Both the position numbers and the translations under genes were made by a program. 64,000 nt of DNA from an uncultured Clostridium sp. (GTDB lineage: Bacteria > Bacillota > Clostridia > TANB77 > CAG-465). The stretch is from NCBI GenBank assembly GCA_948470565.1, contig CAOKPF010000003.1:21-64020 (forward strand), given 5' to 3'. Positions 1 to 8,852 of the stretch are shown here, piece by piece (the stretch's first letter is position 1; each line of letters opens with the position of its first letter). The notes beneath the pieces were generated by a model that was given only the letters and a program-made list of their open reading frames with translations, ran no database searches and had not been told where the DNA came from.

Positions 1-379
1 TTTTTCTGTACTTTTATTTTATCATAAACATATATTTTTATTACACAAAATAATCATTAATATTCTTACTAAATATAACACTATCACTAAATCTAAAAGC
101 ATTTTTATCATATTTAAATTATTAAAAGTACAGAAATATGTATATTTTTATTTTTCCGCTTTTTCTATACCTTTATTTTATTATAAATACAATATGCACA
201 AAACTTATTTTCATATTTTCATTTATTTATGTTTAACCAAATTATCCGCATAACTTTTCTTTTTTTAATTATTTTTAGATAATTTTGACAAAAAAAGAGA
301 ATAGAACCTTAATGAAAAATAAACGAATTTCACTTCAAATTCTCTCTCTTTTTAAACTAATATCTTCATATTTTAAAAC

Positions 380-628
380 TTAATTTTCAATTATTTTCTC
401 CAATGCCTTAGCTAATTGATCAGGACAAGAAGTATTTTTTCCTTTACACGGAATTCCCTTTAATTTTTTTATTACATCTTTTATGTTCATTCCCTCTATC
501 ATATTACAAAGACCAACTGTATTGCCAGGGCAACCACCTTCAAATCTTACATTTTTTATAACATCGCCATCAACATCTACTGTAATTTTCCTTGAACAGA
601 CATTTTGTGGCACAAATTCATACCTCAT
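380..628 (-). CDS. small TSCPD-motif protein (TIGR03905-like)
   Basis: 82-aa ORF with GGCPGN and C-terminal NTSCPD motifs; lies 12 nt downstream of fba. Confidence 0.65.
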   Translation of the reverse strand: MRYEFVPQNVCSRKITVDVDGDVIKNVRFEGGCPGNTVGLCNMIEGMNIKDVIKKLKGIPCKGKNTSCPDQLAKALEKIIEN

Positions 629-640
629 AAATTTTTCCTC

Positions 641-1588
641 CTATGCCTTATCATTACTTCCTAATACATTAATTATTTTATGTTTAACCATATCTTTTAC
701 CGCAATTCTTGCCTGACCTAAGTATATTCTAGGATCAAATACTTCTGGACTTTTTGAAAAACATTCACGAATATTAGCAGTCATTGCCAAACGAATATCA
801 CTATCTATATTAATTTTACAAACAGACATTTTTGCAGCCTTTGCAAGAAGTTCTTCAGTAACGCCTTTTGCTCCTGGTATATTTCCACCATATTCATTAC
901 ACATATTAACGAATTCTTGTGGTACAGAAGATGCGCCATGCAAAACAATCGGATAACCATCTGGTAGACCTGCTGACACTTTTTCTAATATGTCAAATCT
1001 AAGCTTTGGTTCACCTTTAAATTTATATGCACCATGACTAGTACCTATTGCAATTGCAAGCGAATCACAACCAGTTCTTTTTACAAATTCTATTGCTTGA
1101 TCTGGATCTGTATACATAGCATCATCATCAGATACATTAACATCATCTTCAACACCTGCAAGTTTTCCAAGTTCTGCCTCAACAGTTATACCTCTAGGAT
1201 GCGCATATTCTACTACCTTTTTAGTTAATGCTACATTTTCCTCAAAATCATATTTAGAACCATCAATCATTACTGAAGTAAAACCATTATCAATACAATC
1301 CTTACAAATTTCAAAATCTGCACCATGATCTAAATGTAGTGCTATTGGTATATCCTTGCCCGCCTCTTTATTGCACTCAATAGCAGCTTCCACTAATTTT
1401 TTCAAATAAATTGGATTAGCATACTTTCTAGCACCTGCTGAAACTTGTAAAATAACAGGTGAATTTGTCTCACTTGCAGCCTCTACAATTCCTTGTATAA
1501 TTTCCATATTATTTACATTAAATGCACCTATTGCGTATCCTCCCTTTGCAGCTTTTTCAAACATTTCCTTTGTTGTTGTTAAACTCAT
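641..1588 (-). CDS. fba: class II fructose-1,6-bisphosphate aldolase
   Basis: 315 aa; N-terminal GYAIGAFNVNN, LHLDHG and GTSHGAYKF motifs typical of class II FBA. Confidence 0.93.
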   Translation of the reverse strand: MSLTTTKEMFEKAAKGGYAIGAFNVNNMEIIQGIVEAASETNSPVILQVSAGARKYANPIYLKKLVEAAIECNKEAGKDIPIALHLDHGADFEICKDCIDNGFTSVMIDGSKYDFEENVALTKKVVEYAHPRGITVEAELGKLAGVEDDVNVSDDDAMYTDPDQAIEFVKRTGCDSLAIAIGTSHGAYKFKGEPKLRFDILEKVSAGLPDGYPIVLHGASSVPQEFVNMCNEYGGNIPGAKGVTEELLAKAAKMSVCKINIDSDIRLAMTANIRECFSKSPEVFDPRIYLGQARIAVKDMVKHKIINVLGSNDKA

Positions 1589-1603
1589 ATTATCTCCCCT
1601 TTT

Positions 1604-3067
1604 CTATCTTATCTTATCATACTCACTTCTTTTTTGGCTTATATTTTCCCTTACCTGTGCAGCTTGTGATTTTAATTCGTTTACATCGATATTTAAAATT
1701 TCATCTTCGCTTTTTACAGCTCTTACACATTCAGCTTGCACGCTAAAAGCAGAAAATTTATCATCATTACTAGATTTTTTTTCATCTACTTCATCATGAT
1801 TACCTTTTTTACTACTAAGCTTTATATCTTCATCACTATTTTCCATATTAGTAAGTTGTTTTGCACTTTGCAATATCTCAGCAGCCTTTACAGCATCTTT
1901 ATCGACAATTTCATCAAACTCATTCATAAGTGCATCTGCTACATCTAAATTAGTCTTTACATTGTCATGATAATTTTCATGTACGCTATCTCTTACCTTA
2001 TCTTCTACCTTTTCACTATTCTTTTCAATAGCTACTCCTCTAGCATTTCCTGTTTTTCTATCTTGAATTTTGTCATAGTATGAAACTCCACTAACATCTC
2101 TTGCTCTATCTAAATTTTCAGCCTGAGTTATTTCATCATGCATTTGTTTTAAACTTGGTGATATACTATCAAGCTCAATAGATTTATCAGTATACTGCTG
2201 TTGCAAGGAATCCATTTTTTTGTCAAATTCTTGAGTATCATAATTCTTAGCATTTTGACTCATAAATGCCATATTTTCTGCTATTTCTTCAATAGCCTCC
2301 TTTAATTCATTAATTCTTGCCATATTTTCATTTGCCTTAGTATTTACAATATTTTGTGCTTTTGCACCTCTTAATTCAAGATTATTTTCAACTTCTTTTA
2401 CATCTTCATTATCCTGTCCAATAAAGCAACCGTTTTTTGCCCTATAATTTACATCAAGTTTCCTTAAATACTTCTCATATAACAATAGTTTATTTCCTGC
2501 TCTATCGCCAACAGCAAAACTTCCACTTTTTATCTGACCATCATGTCCATAATATAAATCTTGTCTTAATTTATGATATTCTTTAAGAGTTGCTTCATAA
2601 ACTATAGCTCTTATATCTTTATCCACTTGTTCTTCATCAATTTCTCCATTTTCATCACGATCAGTTTCTAATTTTTCTTTTATCTCTCGTTTTTTACCTT
2701 CATCGACATGAGTTCCCTCTTTATTTAGCTCAGATACTTTTTCCTCAACTTTTTCATCTAATTGTTTCTCTTCACCATCTAAAGAAGTATCATTCTTACG
2801 TTTATCAGCATTATTTTGTTCCTGCTCCTTTAATTTCTTATCCAACTTTTCTATAAATGATGGTTTTATACTCTCAATTAGCTCTGCTTGAAAATTACCT
2901 TTTTCATTATACTTTGCGAGTATTTCGTCTGTTGCTATCTCTTGATAAAAGAGTTTTTTAGATATTTCATTTTTACTAGGTGTATCCTGTAACTCTTCAT
3001 TCAAGTATTTTTTCATTATTTCTTCTTCATTTATTTTTTTAGTTTCTAAATACTCTTTTAATCCCAT
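1604..3067 (-). CDS. hypothetical Glu/Lys/Asp-rich coiled-coil protein
   Basis: 487-aa uninterrupted ORF, highly charged, no recognisable catalytic motif. Confidence 0.55.
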   Translation of the reverse strand: MGLKEYLETKKINEEEIMKKYLNEELQDTPSKNEISKKLFYQEIATDEILAKYNEKGNFQAELIESIKPSFIEKLDKKLKEQEQNNADKRKNDTSLDGEEKQLDEKVEEKVSELNKEGTHVDEGKKREIKEKLETDRDENGEIDEEQVDKDIRAIVYEATLKEYHKLRQDLYYGHDGQIKSGSFAVGDRAGNKLLLYEKYLRKLDVNYRAKNGCFIGQDNEDVKEVENNLELRGAKAQNIVNTKANENMARINELKEAIEEIAENMAFMSQNAKNYDTQEFDKKMDSLQQQYTDKSIELDSISPSLKQMHDEITQAENLDRARDVSGVSYYDKIQDRKTGNARGVAIEKNSEKVEDKVRDSVHENYHDNVKTNLDVADALMNEFDEIVDKDAVKAAEILQSAKQLTNMENSDEDIKLSSKKGNHDEVDEKKSSNDDKFSAFSVQAECVRAVKSEDEILNIDVNELKSQAAQVRENISQKRSEYDKIR

Positions 3068-3235
3068 AAATTATTTTTCCCCCTTTTGATACTATTTTAC
3101 TACATATTTTTAAGCATTGCAAGCATTTTTATACGTAAAACAAATCAAAATAATAACATGAAAAAACTACACAATGAAAAAACATAGTTTTAGCTATAAA
3201 TTTCGTTAAATAAATCAATAATTCCATTATAAAGT

Positions 3236-3457
3236 TTATTTTTGTTTTTGGTTTATTTCCTCTTTTAACATTTCGTAAACATATGCAGGTGACTCATAAT
3301 ACAAGTGCGTTCCTAAATCACAAAGTAAATCAAATGTTTGAGAATTATATACTATATCCAATGCATCTTCTATAGTTATATTATTATCTTCAATTAAATA
3401 CCTTACTATTTCTTGAGTACTTCTTGTTACTAAATAATTTAATCCATCTAAAATCAT
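3236..3457 (-). CDS. DUF3791-like small protein
   Basis: 73-aa ORF, helical, resembles DUF3791 family; downstream of DUF3990-like gene. Confidence 0.65.
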   Translation of the reverse strand: MILDGLNYLVTRSTQEIVRYLIEDNNITIEDALDIVYNSQTFDLLCDLGTHLYYESPAYVYEMLKEEINQKQK

Positions 3458-3461
3458 ATCT

Positions 3462-3963
3462 CTACACTCTCCTTAAATATCTTAATGCTCTTTCTGTATG
3501 AAATGAGTACTGGTCAGTTAATTCTTTAAATTTAAGTTTATTCACAATCTCTGATACTGTAGATAATGAATCATTTACTTGCCACAGCAACGCAACAATA
3601 TCATCATCTGCAACAGGACCTATTACAACATCATATTTATTATCAATATTACATTCTAAATTATCTATATATTTAAACTTTCTATTTCTATTATTTAAAA
3701 TAAACTGTGCCCATTCTTCTGATGGCATACTTTTAAATTTTTTTATTCTAATATCACTATCTTTAAATATATTTTCATCTAATTCAAAGACATTAACAAA
3801 CGGTTTTCCTGTTCTTAATCTTCTTGTTGTTCTTACTGACATAAACTCAGCTTGTTGTCTAATTGTAGTGCAATAAAAGCCTTGTTCGAAAATCCTTAAA
3901 CTTTTTACACTTGTTTAAATCCACTTTATCTATTTTTACATTTGAGCCATGATATAAAATCAT
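3462..3963 (-). pseudogene. DUF3990-like gene interrupted by a 1-nt frameshift
   Basis: ATG at 3963 (ATGA overlap with upstream stop) gives MILYHGSNVKIDKVDLNKCKKFKDF, then stops. The other frame continues EQGFYCTTIRQQAEF into the 126-aa ORF 3462..3842. Frames differ by 1 nt near 3886-3891. Confidence 0.6.
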
Positions 3964-4184
3964 TGTATAATACCTCCATTTCCCTTGCATATTTGTATTA
4001 AATCTTCAATTGCATCATTTAAACTAACCGTATGCTCTGCCTCATAGCATTCATTTAAAAATTCTAATCCTTTATATTTCTTTAAATAATTGTATGCCTC
4101 ACTTCTCTTTATATCTTTTTGCTTTGCAAATTCATCAATACAAATAATTATATAATTTAATATTTTTATTTCTTTCTCTAACAT
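3960..4184 (-). CDS. DUF3791-like small protein
   Basis: 74-aa ORF; FAKQKDIKRSEAYNYLKKYKGLEFL...HT pattern typical of DUF3791. Confidence 0.7.
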   Translation of the reverse strand: MLEKEIKILNYIIICIDEFAKQKDIKRSEAYNYLKKYKGLEFLNECYEAEHTVSLNDAIEDLIQICKGNGGIIQ

Positions 4185-4301
4185 AATTATCTCCTTTTAT
4201 AATTAGTATAAGTATAGCACATTATATTTTACTTTTCTACTAATTTTTAATTTTTTATTTACAATTTTAATAATTGCAATAAATTTAATTTACTAAATAT
4301 T

Positions 4302-5507
4302 CTAAAAATTATCATCTAGCAAAAAGTCTATTAAATTAACATGCTTTATACCATTATATTCATAATCCAACTTATCTAATGTAATTACATATTTAGGATA
4401 ATTATCATTTATCACATCATATGCTCCAAATTCTCTATTTTTAGTACTTTCATTTGAAATGCAAAAAGCTACTTGAACATATATTTTTTTATTAGGTTTT
4501 GTAGCAACAAAATCAATTTCACCTTTTTTAGTTTTACCTGTATATACGTCATATCCTTTTATAATAAGTTCATTATATACAATATTTTCAATAACATATG
4601 ATTTATTCATTTCTATTTTATTATTTTTTATCTGTGCAATTCCCAAATCTGTAACATAATATTTATTTAATGTTTTTAAAATTGCTCTACCATGTATATC
4701 ATACCTATATACTTTTCTAATTAACAACGCTTTACAAAGCGCATCTATATATGAATATATAGTAAGTGTAGAAACCTCTCTTCCCTCATTTTTTAAAAAA
4801 TTGATAATATTTTCTGCCGAAAACTCTCTTCCAATTGTATCTATTATATATTGCAAAATTAAATTAAATAAAATAGTATCTCTTATTTTTAATCTTTCAA
4901 CAACATCTCTTAATATAATAGAATCAAAAACACCATAAAGATAATTTTTTATTGATTCTTCCTTTTTAAATTCAAATCTATTAGGAAGCCCGCCCCATTT
5001 CATATAATTTTCAAACATTTCCTCTGTTGATTCTTTACTTCCTTGCAAACTCAATACTTCTTTATATGATAGCGGATTTATCTTAAAACTTACATATCTT
5101 CCTGACAGTATAGTAGATAATTCCTCTGACAACAAGCGACTATTCGAACCTGTAATAAATATACTTACCTTTTTAGATGCCCTTAAGGAATTTATAACCT
5201 TTTCAAAATTTTCTACATTTTGAATTTCATCAAAAAATAAATAATATAGATTTCCATCTTGCATTCTACTCTTTACATACTTGTTTAATTCTTGATATTT
5301 AGTTAAACTTTCAAATTCAATAAATTCAAAATTTACATATATAATATGTTTTTCATCTACTCCTCTATTTTTCAATTCATCAATAATTTGTTCTAAAATT
5401 ACTGACTTTCCACATCTTCGTATTCCTACTAAAATTTTTACTAAATCACTATCATAAAACTCACGTATTTTTTCTAAATATAATTCTCTTTTTAACACTT
5501 TTATCAC
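4302..5507 (-). CDS. P-loop ATPase, AAA_14 + DUF4143 architecture (COG1373-like)
   Basis: 401 aa; Walker A GIRRCGKS, Walker B LFFDEIQ, C-terminal DUF4143-like region. Confidence 0.85.
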   Translation of the reverse strand: MIKVLKRELYLEKIREFYDSDLVKILVGIRRCGKSVILEQIIDELKNRGVDEKHIIYVNFEFIEFESLTKYQELNKYVKSRMQDGNLYYLFFDEIQNVENFEKVINSLRASKKVSIFITGSNSRLLSEELSTILSGRYVSFKINPLSYKEVLSLQGSKESTEEMFENYMKWGGLPNRFEFKKEESIKNYLYGVFDSIILRDVVERLKIRDTILFNLILQYIIDTIGREFSAENIINFLKNEGREVSTLTIYSYIDALCKALLIRKVYRYDIHGRAILKTLNKYYVTDLGIAQIKNNKIEMNKSYVIENIVYNELIIKGYDVYTGKTKKGEIDFVATKPNKKIYVQVAFCISNESTKNREFGAYDVINDNYPKYVITLDKLDYEYNGIKHVNLIDFLLDDNF

Positions 5508-5700
5508 CGTTTATATTATATAATTATTATACACACTTGTCAAGTTATTTTTATATAAAAAAATAACTCATTTTTTTAACACTTTATTTTTATATATAAA
5601 AATTATTATAATATTTTTCGCTTTTTTTAAAATAAACGACAAGGTAATACATAAAAATTATAATTTAAAATATAATGTAACAAGTAAAAAAGGTGATTTT

Positions 5701-6963
5701 ATGTTAAAAATTTTTTTTAAAAGAAAATACGTAGTAGCAGTGCTATATTTAATTTCTTTAACATTCATATACACTAGTATATATGCTAGCAGTTATATAT
5801 TTTATCCTGGTAAAGAGGACTCAAATTCCATAATATCTAATTCAACAGATAAAACAGATGAGTCAAGTATATCCGCAATTGCAACACCCGAATTCTCCTT
5901 TCAATCAGAAGCACAAATACTAATGGAAGCTTCAACTGGAACAGTTATATATGCTAATAACGAAAACGAAAAACTATTACCAGCCTCTGTTACAAAAGTA
6001 ATGACTTTACTTATACTAATGGAACATATTGATAGTGGAAATATCGCATACACAGACAAAGTAACTTGCAGTGCAAATGCATCACAAATGGGTGGATCTC
6101 AAATTTGGTTTAAGGAAGGTGAAACTCTTACTATTGACGAAGCTCTAAAAGCAATTTGTGTCGTTAGTGCAAACGATGTAACAGTAGCTATTGCAGAAAT
6201 GATTGGTGGATCCGAGAGTAATTTTGTAAGCATGATGAATGAAAAAGCAAAAGAGCTTGGAATGGAAAATACACATTTTATGAATTCACATGGAATTGAT
6301 GAAGATAATCATTATACAACTGCAAAAGATATAGCAATAATGTCACGTGAACTTATACTAAAACATCCTGATATTTTAAAATATACATCAATCTGGATGG
6401 ATACACTAAGAAATGGTACTTTTGCATTATCAAGTACAAATAAATTAATAAGGTATTATGAGGGTGCTACTGGTCTAAAAACAGGTTCTACTTCCCTTGC
6501 ACTGTTTAACTTATCAGCCACAGCAACTAGAAACAACACAACATTTATATCTGTTATAATGAAAGCACCATCATCAGATATTAGATTACAGGAAACTAGA
6601 CAGCTACTAGACTATGCATTTGCAAACTATGAAACAAAAAGCCTATGTGAAAAAGGTACAATTATAGAAAATATAAAAGTAAATAAAAATGTAAATACTA
6701 GTACAAATATAGTTGTTGAAAATAATATAACAGCACTATTACAAAAAGGTACAAACGTTGATGTTACACAAAACGTATACTATAATCAAGATTTAATAGC
6801 GCCTATTACAAAAAATCAAGTTGTAGGCACAATAGATATTATAAATAAGGCTACTGGAGAAACGATTGGCTCTAGCAATCTTGTAATAGAACAGGAGATT
6901 CCAAAATCCTCTATATTAGATTATTTGAAAAAAATGTTTAATGTATATATAATAAATGTATAA
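5701..6963 (+). CDS. D-alanyl-D-alanine carboxypeptidase (S11 low-MW PBP)
   Basis: 420 aa; signal/TM N-terminus, SVTK (SxxK), SAN, KTGST motifs; SD aaaggtg upstream. Confidence 0.9.
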   Translation: MLKIFFKRKYVVAVLYLISLTFIYTSIYASSYIFYPGKEDSNSIISNSTDKTDESSISAIATPEFSFQSEAQILMEASTGTVIYANNENEKLLPASVTKVMTLLILMEHIDSGNIAYTDKVTCSANASQMGGSQIWFKEGETLTIDEALKAICVVSANDVTVAIAEMIGGSESNFVSMMNEKAKELGMENTHFMNSHGIDEDNHYTTAKDIAIMSRELILKHPDILKYTSIWMDTLRNGTFALSSTNKLIRYYEGATGLKTGSTSLALFNLSATATRNNTTFISVIMKAPSSDIRLQETRQLLDYAFANYETKSLCEKGTIIENIKVNKNVNTSTNIVVENNITALLQKGTNVDVTQNVYYNQDLIAPITKNQVVGTIDIINKATGETIGSSNLVIEQEIPKSSILDYLKKMFNVYIINV

Positions 6964-7012
6964 AAAGCAGCTAGTGCTGTAAAAAAGTCATACTATTGTA
7001 AATTATAAGGAT

Positions 7013-7060
7013 AAAAATCATTGAAAATACATATGTAAATTCAATGATTTTTTACTTTTT
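7013..7060. terminator. bidirectional rho-independent terminator
   Basis: aaaaatcattgaa (7013-7025) pairs with ttcaatgattttt (7040-7052); A-run before and T-run after. Confidence 0.6.
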
Positions 7061-7102
7061 TACAGACCCAACTATTTTTCAGTTTATGATATTGTATTTC
7101 CT

Positions 7103-7219
7103 TCATATTTTTTGCAGTTCATACGCTACCAAAAAAATATATTTAGATAGTTTTAGTGCAAGAAATGAAATTATAACTATTGCTATAATTGACATAATTA
7201 ATTTTAAAATTGTCTTCAT
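7103..7219 (-). CDS. possible 38-aa membrane peptide
   Basis: Hand-translated MKTILKLIMSIIAIVIISFLALKLSKYIFLVAYELQKI with GGAG 7 nt upstream; below ORF-track cutoff. Confidence 0.3.
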   Translation of the reverse strand: MKTILKLIMSIIAIVIISFLALKLSKYIFLVAYELQKI

Positions 7220-7429
7220 ATAATTACTCCTTTTTTGTATATTATCTTACTTTAAAATTAAATACCTCAAATATTACTACCTTTTTATTAAACCAAATAA
7301 CATTTTTATATATTAATATTATAACAAATAGTATAAATAAAATCAATAATTATGTAAATATTAATATATAACATTATATAATAAACAACAATTTAGTATT
7401 TTTTATAAAATTATACTATAACTAAATAC

Positions 7430-7456
7430 AAAAAAAACGGATATTATTCCGTCTTT
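7430..7456 (-). terminator. rho-independent terminator after nrdR
   Basis: Minus strand: aaaagACGGAataataTCCGTtttttttt about 60 nt after the nrdR stop. Confidence 0.55.
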
Positions 7457-7514
7457 TAACAACATTTTTTACTCTATATTTTTTGTAATAATTAATAATA
7501 TAAACCTAAAAGCT

Positions 7515-7970
7515 TTACTTAGCATTTAAAAGTTTATTTAATTCGGACTTAAACTCATTAATATCCTTAAATTGCCTATACACTGAAGCAAATCTGACAT
7601 AGGCTATTTCATCTAATTTTTTTATTTTTTCTATAACCATATCTCCTATTTTTTGCGCCTCAATTTCCTTATTCATAGAATTATTTACTTCCATCTCAAT
7701 ATCATTAACGGCTTTTTGAATATCGTCCATCGAAACTGGTCTTTTTTCACAAGCTTTTATAATACCATTTAAAACTTTTTCTCTATCAAACTGCTCTCTA
7801 AGCCCATTTTTCTTTATTACGACCACTGGCACATATTCAATTTTCTCATAAGTCGTAAATCTATTTTTGCAATTTATACATTCTCTTCTTCTTCTAATTG
7901 CATTACCATCTTCAATAGCTCTAGAATCTACAACTTTGCTTTCCTCACAACCACATTTTATACAATGCAT
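7515..7970 (-). CDS. nrdR: transcriptional repressor NrdR
   Basis: 151 aa; N-terminal zinc ribbon CIKCG...CINC followed by an ATP-cone. Confidence 0.95.
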   Translation of the reverse strand: MHCIKCGCEESKVVDSRAIEDGNAIRRRRECINCKNRFTTYEKIEYVPVVVIKKNGLREQFDREKVLNGIIKACEKRPVSMDDIQKAVNDIEMEVNNSMNKEIEAQKIGDMVIEKIKKLDEIAYVRFASVYRQFKDINEFKSELNKLLNAK

Positions 7971-7985
7971 ATACTACCCCTCAAT

Positions 7986-8495
7986 TTAAAATTCATATAA
8001 TATGACTTCCTGCTGCTTTAAACTCTTTTTTACATCTATTGCCCTTTGATTAGAACTTCCCCTAAATGGAATTAAATCATCTTTTAAATTCATATCAAAC
8101 TTTCCATCAATTAATATATCTGTTACTTCCAAAAGTTCCATAAATCTGTTATTTTCATTAGCGCTAGAAATTAGTTTTTCATAAGTATATCCAGTATATA
8201 CCATAACATCATATTTATTAGTATCAATTTTTGATATAAGATTTGCAACCTGTTTTGCTTGAACAAAAGGCTCTCCTCCACTAATAGTAATGCCTCTTAA
8301 TAGTGGATCTTTTCCAAAATCTTCTATAATTTTATCTATATTTACAATCTTGCCACTATTAAAATCATGCGTTTGAGGATTATGACAGCCCTCACAATTA
8401 TGAGGGCAACCTTGTGTAAAAACTACGTATCTAAGTCCTGGTCCATCGACAATAGATTCTTTTACAACTCCTGCTATTCTAATAGAATCTTCCAA
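7986..8495 (-). CDS. nrdG: anaerobic ribonucleotide reductase activating protein (radical SAM)
   Basis: 169 aa; ESIVDGPGLRYVVFTQGCPHNCEGC cluster motif; located in the nrd operon. Confidence 0.9.
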   Translation of the reverse strand: MEDSIRIAGVVKESIVDGPGLRYVVFTQGCPHNCEGCHNPQTHDFNSGKIVNIDKIIEDFGKDPLLRGITISGGEPFVQAKQVANLISKIDTNKYDVMVYTGYTYEKLISSANENNRFMELLEVTDILIDGKFDMNLKDDLIPFRGSSNQRAIDVKKSLKQQEVILYEF

Positions 8496-8508
8496 AATTT
8501 TTCATCTC

Positions 8509-8793
8509 CTAAAAGTCACAGCTACAACATTCTATTCCATGTTTTACTCTGTCATGTTCTTCAGCTCTTTTTCCATCGTTAAATCTATCAACTGTACCAA
8601 CTAAATATCCTGTTATTCTTCTAATTCTTTCAAATGGTTCTGATTCAAATGTATAGTTCATATCAACATATCCACCATCTACTTTTAAATCTAAAGTACT
8701 AATTTCTTTATTAGGAAATTTTTCACCAATATATTTTACATAGCTTCCTATTTCCTCATTACTCATTTCTCCACCAATTACATTTACTTTCAT
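8509..8793 (-). CDS. stand-alone NrdD C-terminal glycyl-radical module (94 aa)
   Basis: RRITGYLVGTVDRFNDGKRAEEHDRVKH matches the NrdD C-terminus (E. coli RVCGYLG...FNAGKQEEVKRRVKH); own AGGAGGG SD. Confidence 0.75.
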   Translation of the reverse strand: MKVNVIGGEMSNEEIGSYVKYIGEKFPNKEISTLDLKVDGGYVDMNYTFESEPFERIRRITGYLVGTVDRFNDGKRAEEHDRVKHGIECCSCDF

Positions 8794-8852
8794 AATATAC
8801 CCTCCTAAATTACATATACATATATGTATAATTATATTTTATCTCTAACTTA

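Noticed and set aside
1-379. AT-rich region downstream of the TSCPD gene; possible weak terminator gaattt-gaagtg-aaattc around 322-339.
   Set aside because: The stem is only 6 AT-rich bp, and nothing else was recognisable. The window edge prevents context analysis.
3886-3891. Programmed ribosomal frameshift in the DUF3990-like gene.
   Set aside because: No slippery heptamer or downstream structure evident. A simple indel or assembly error is more parsimonious.
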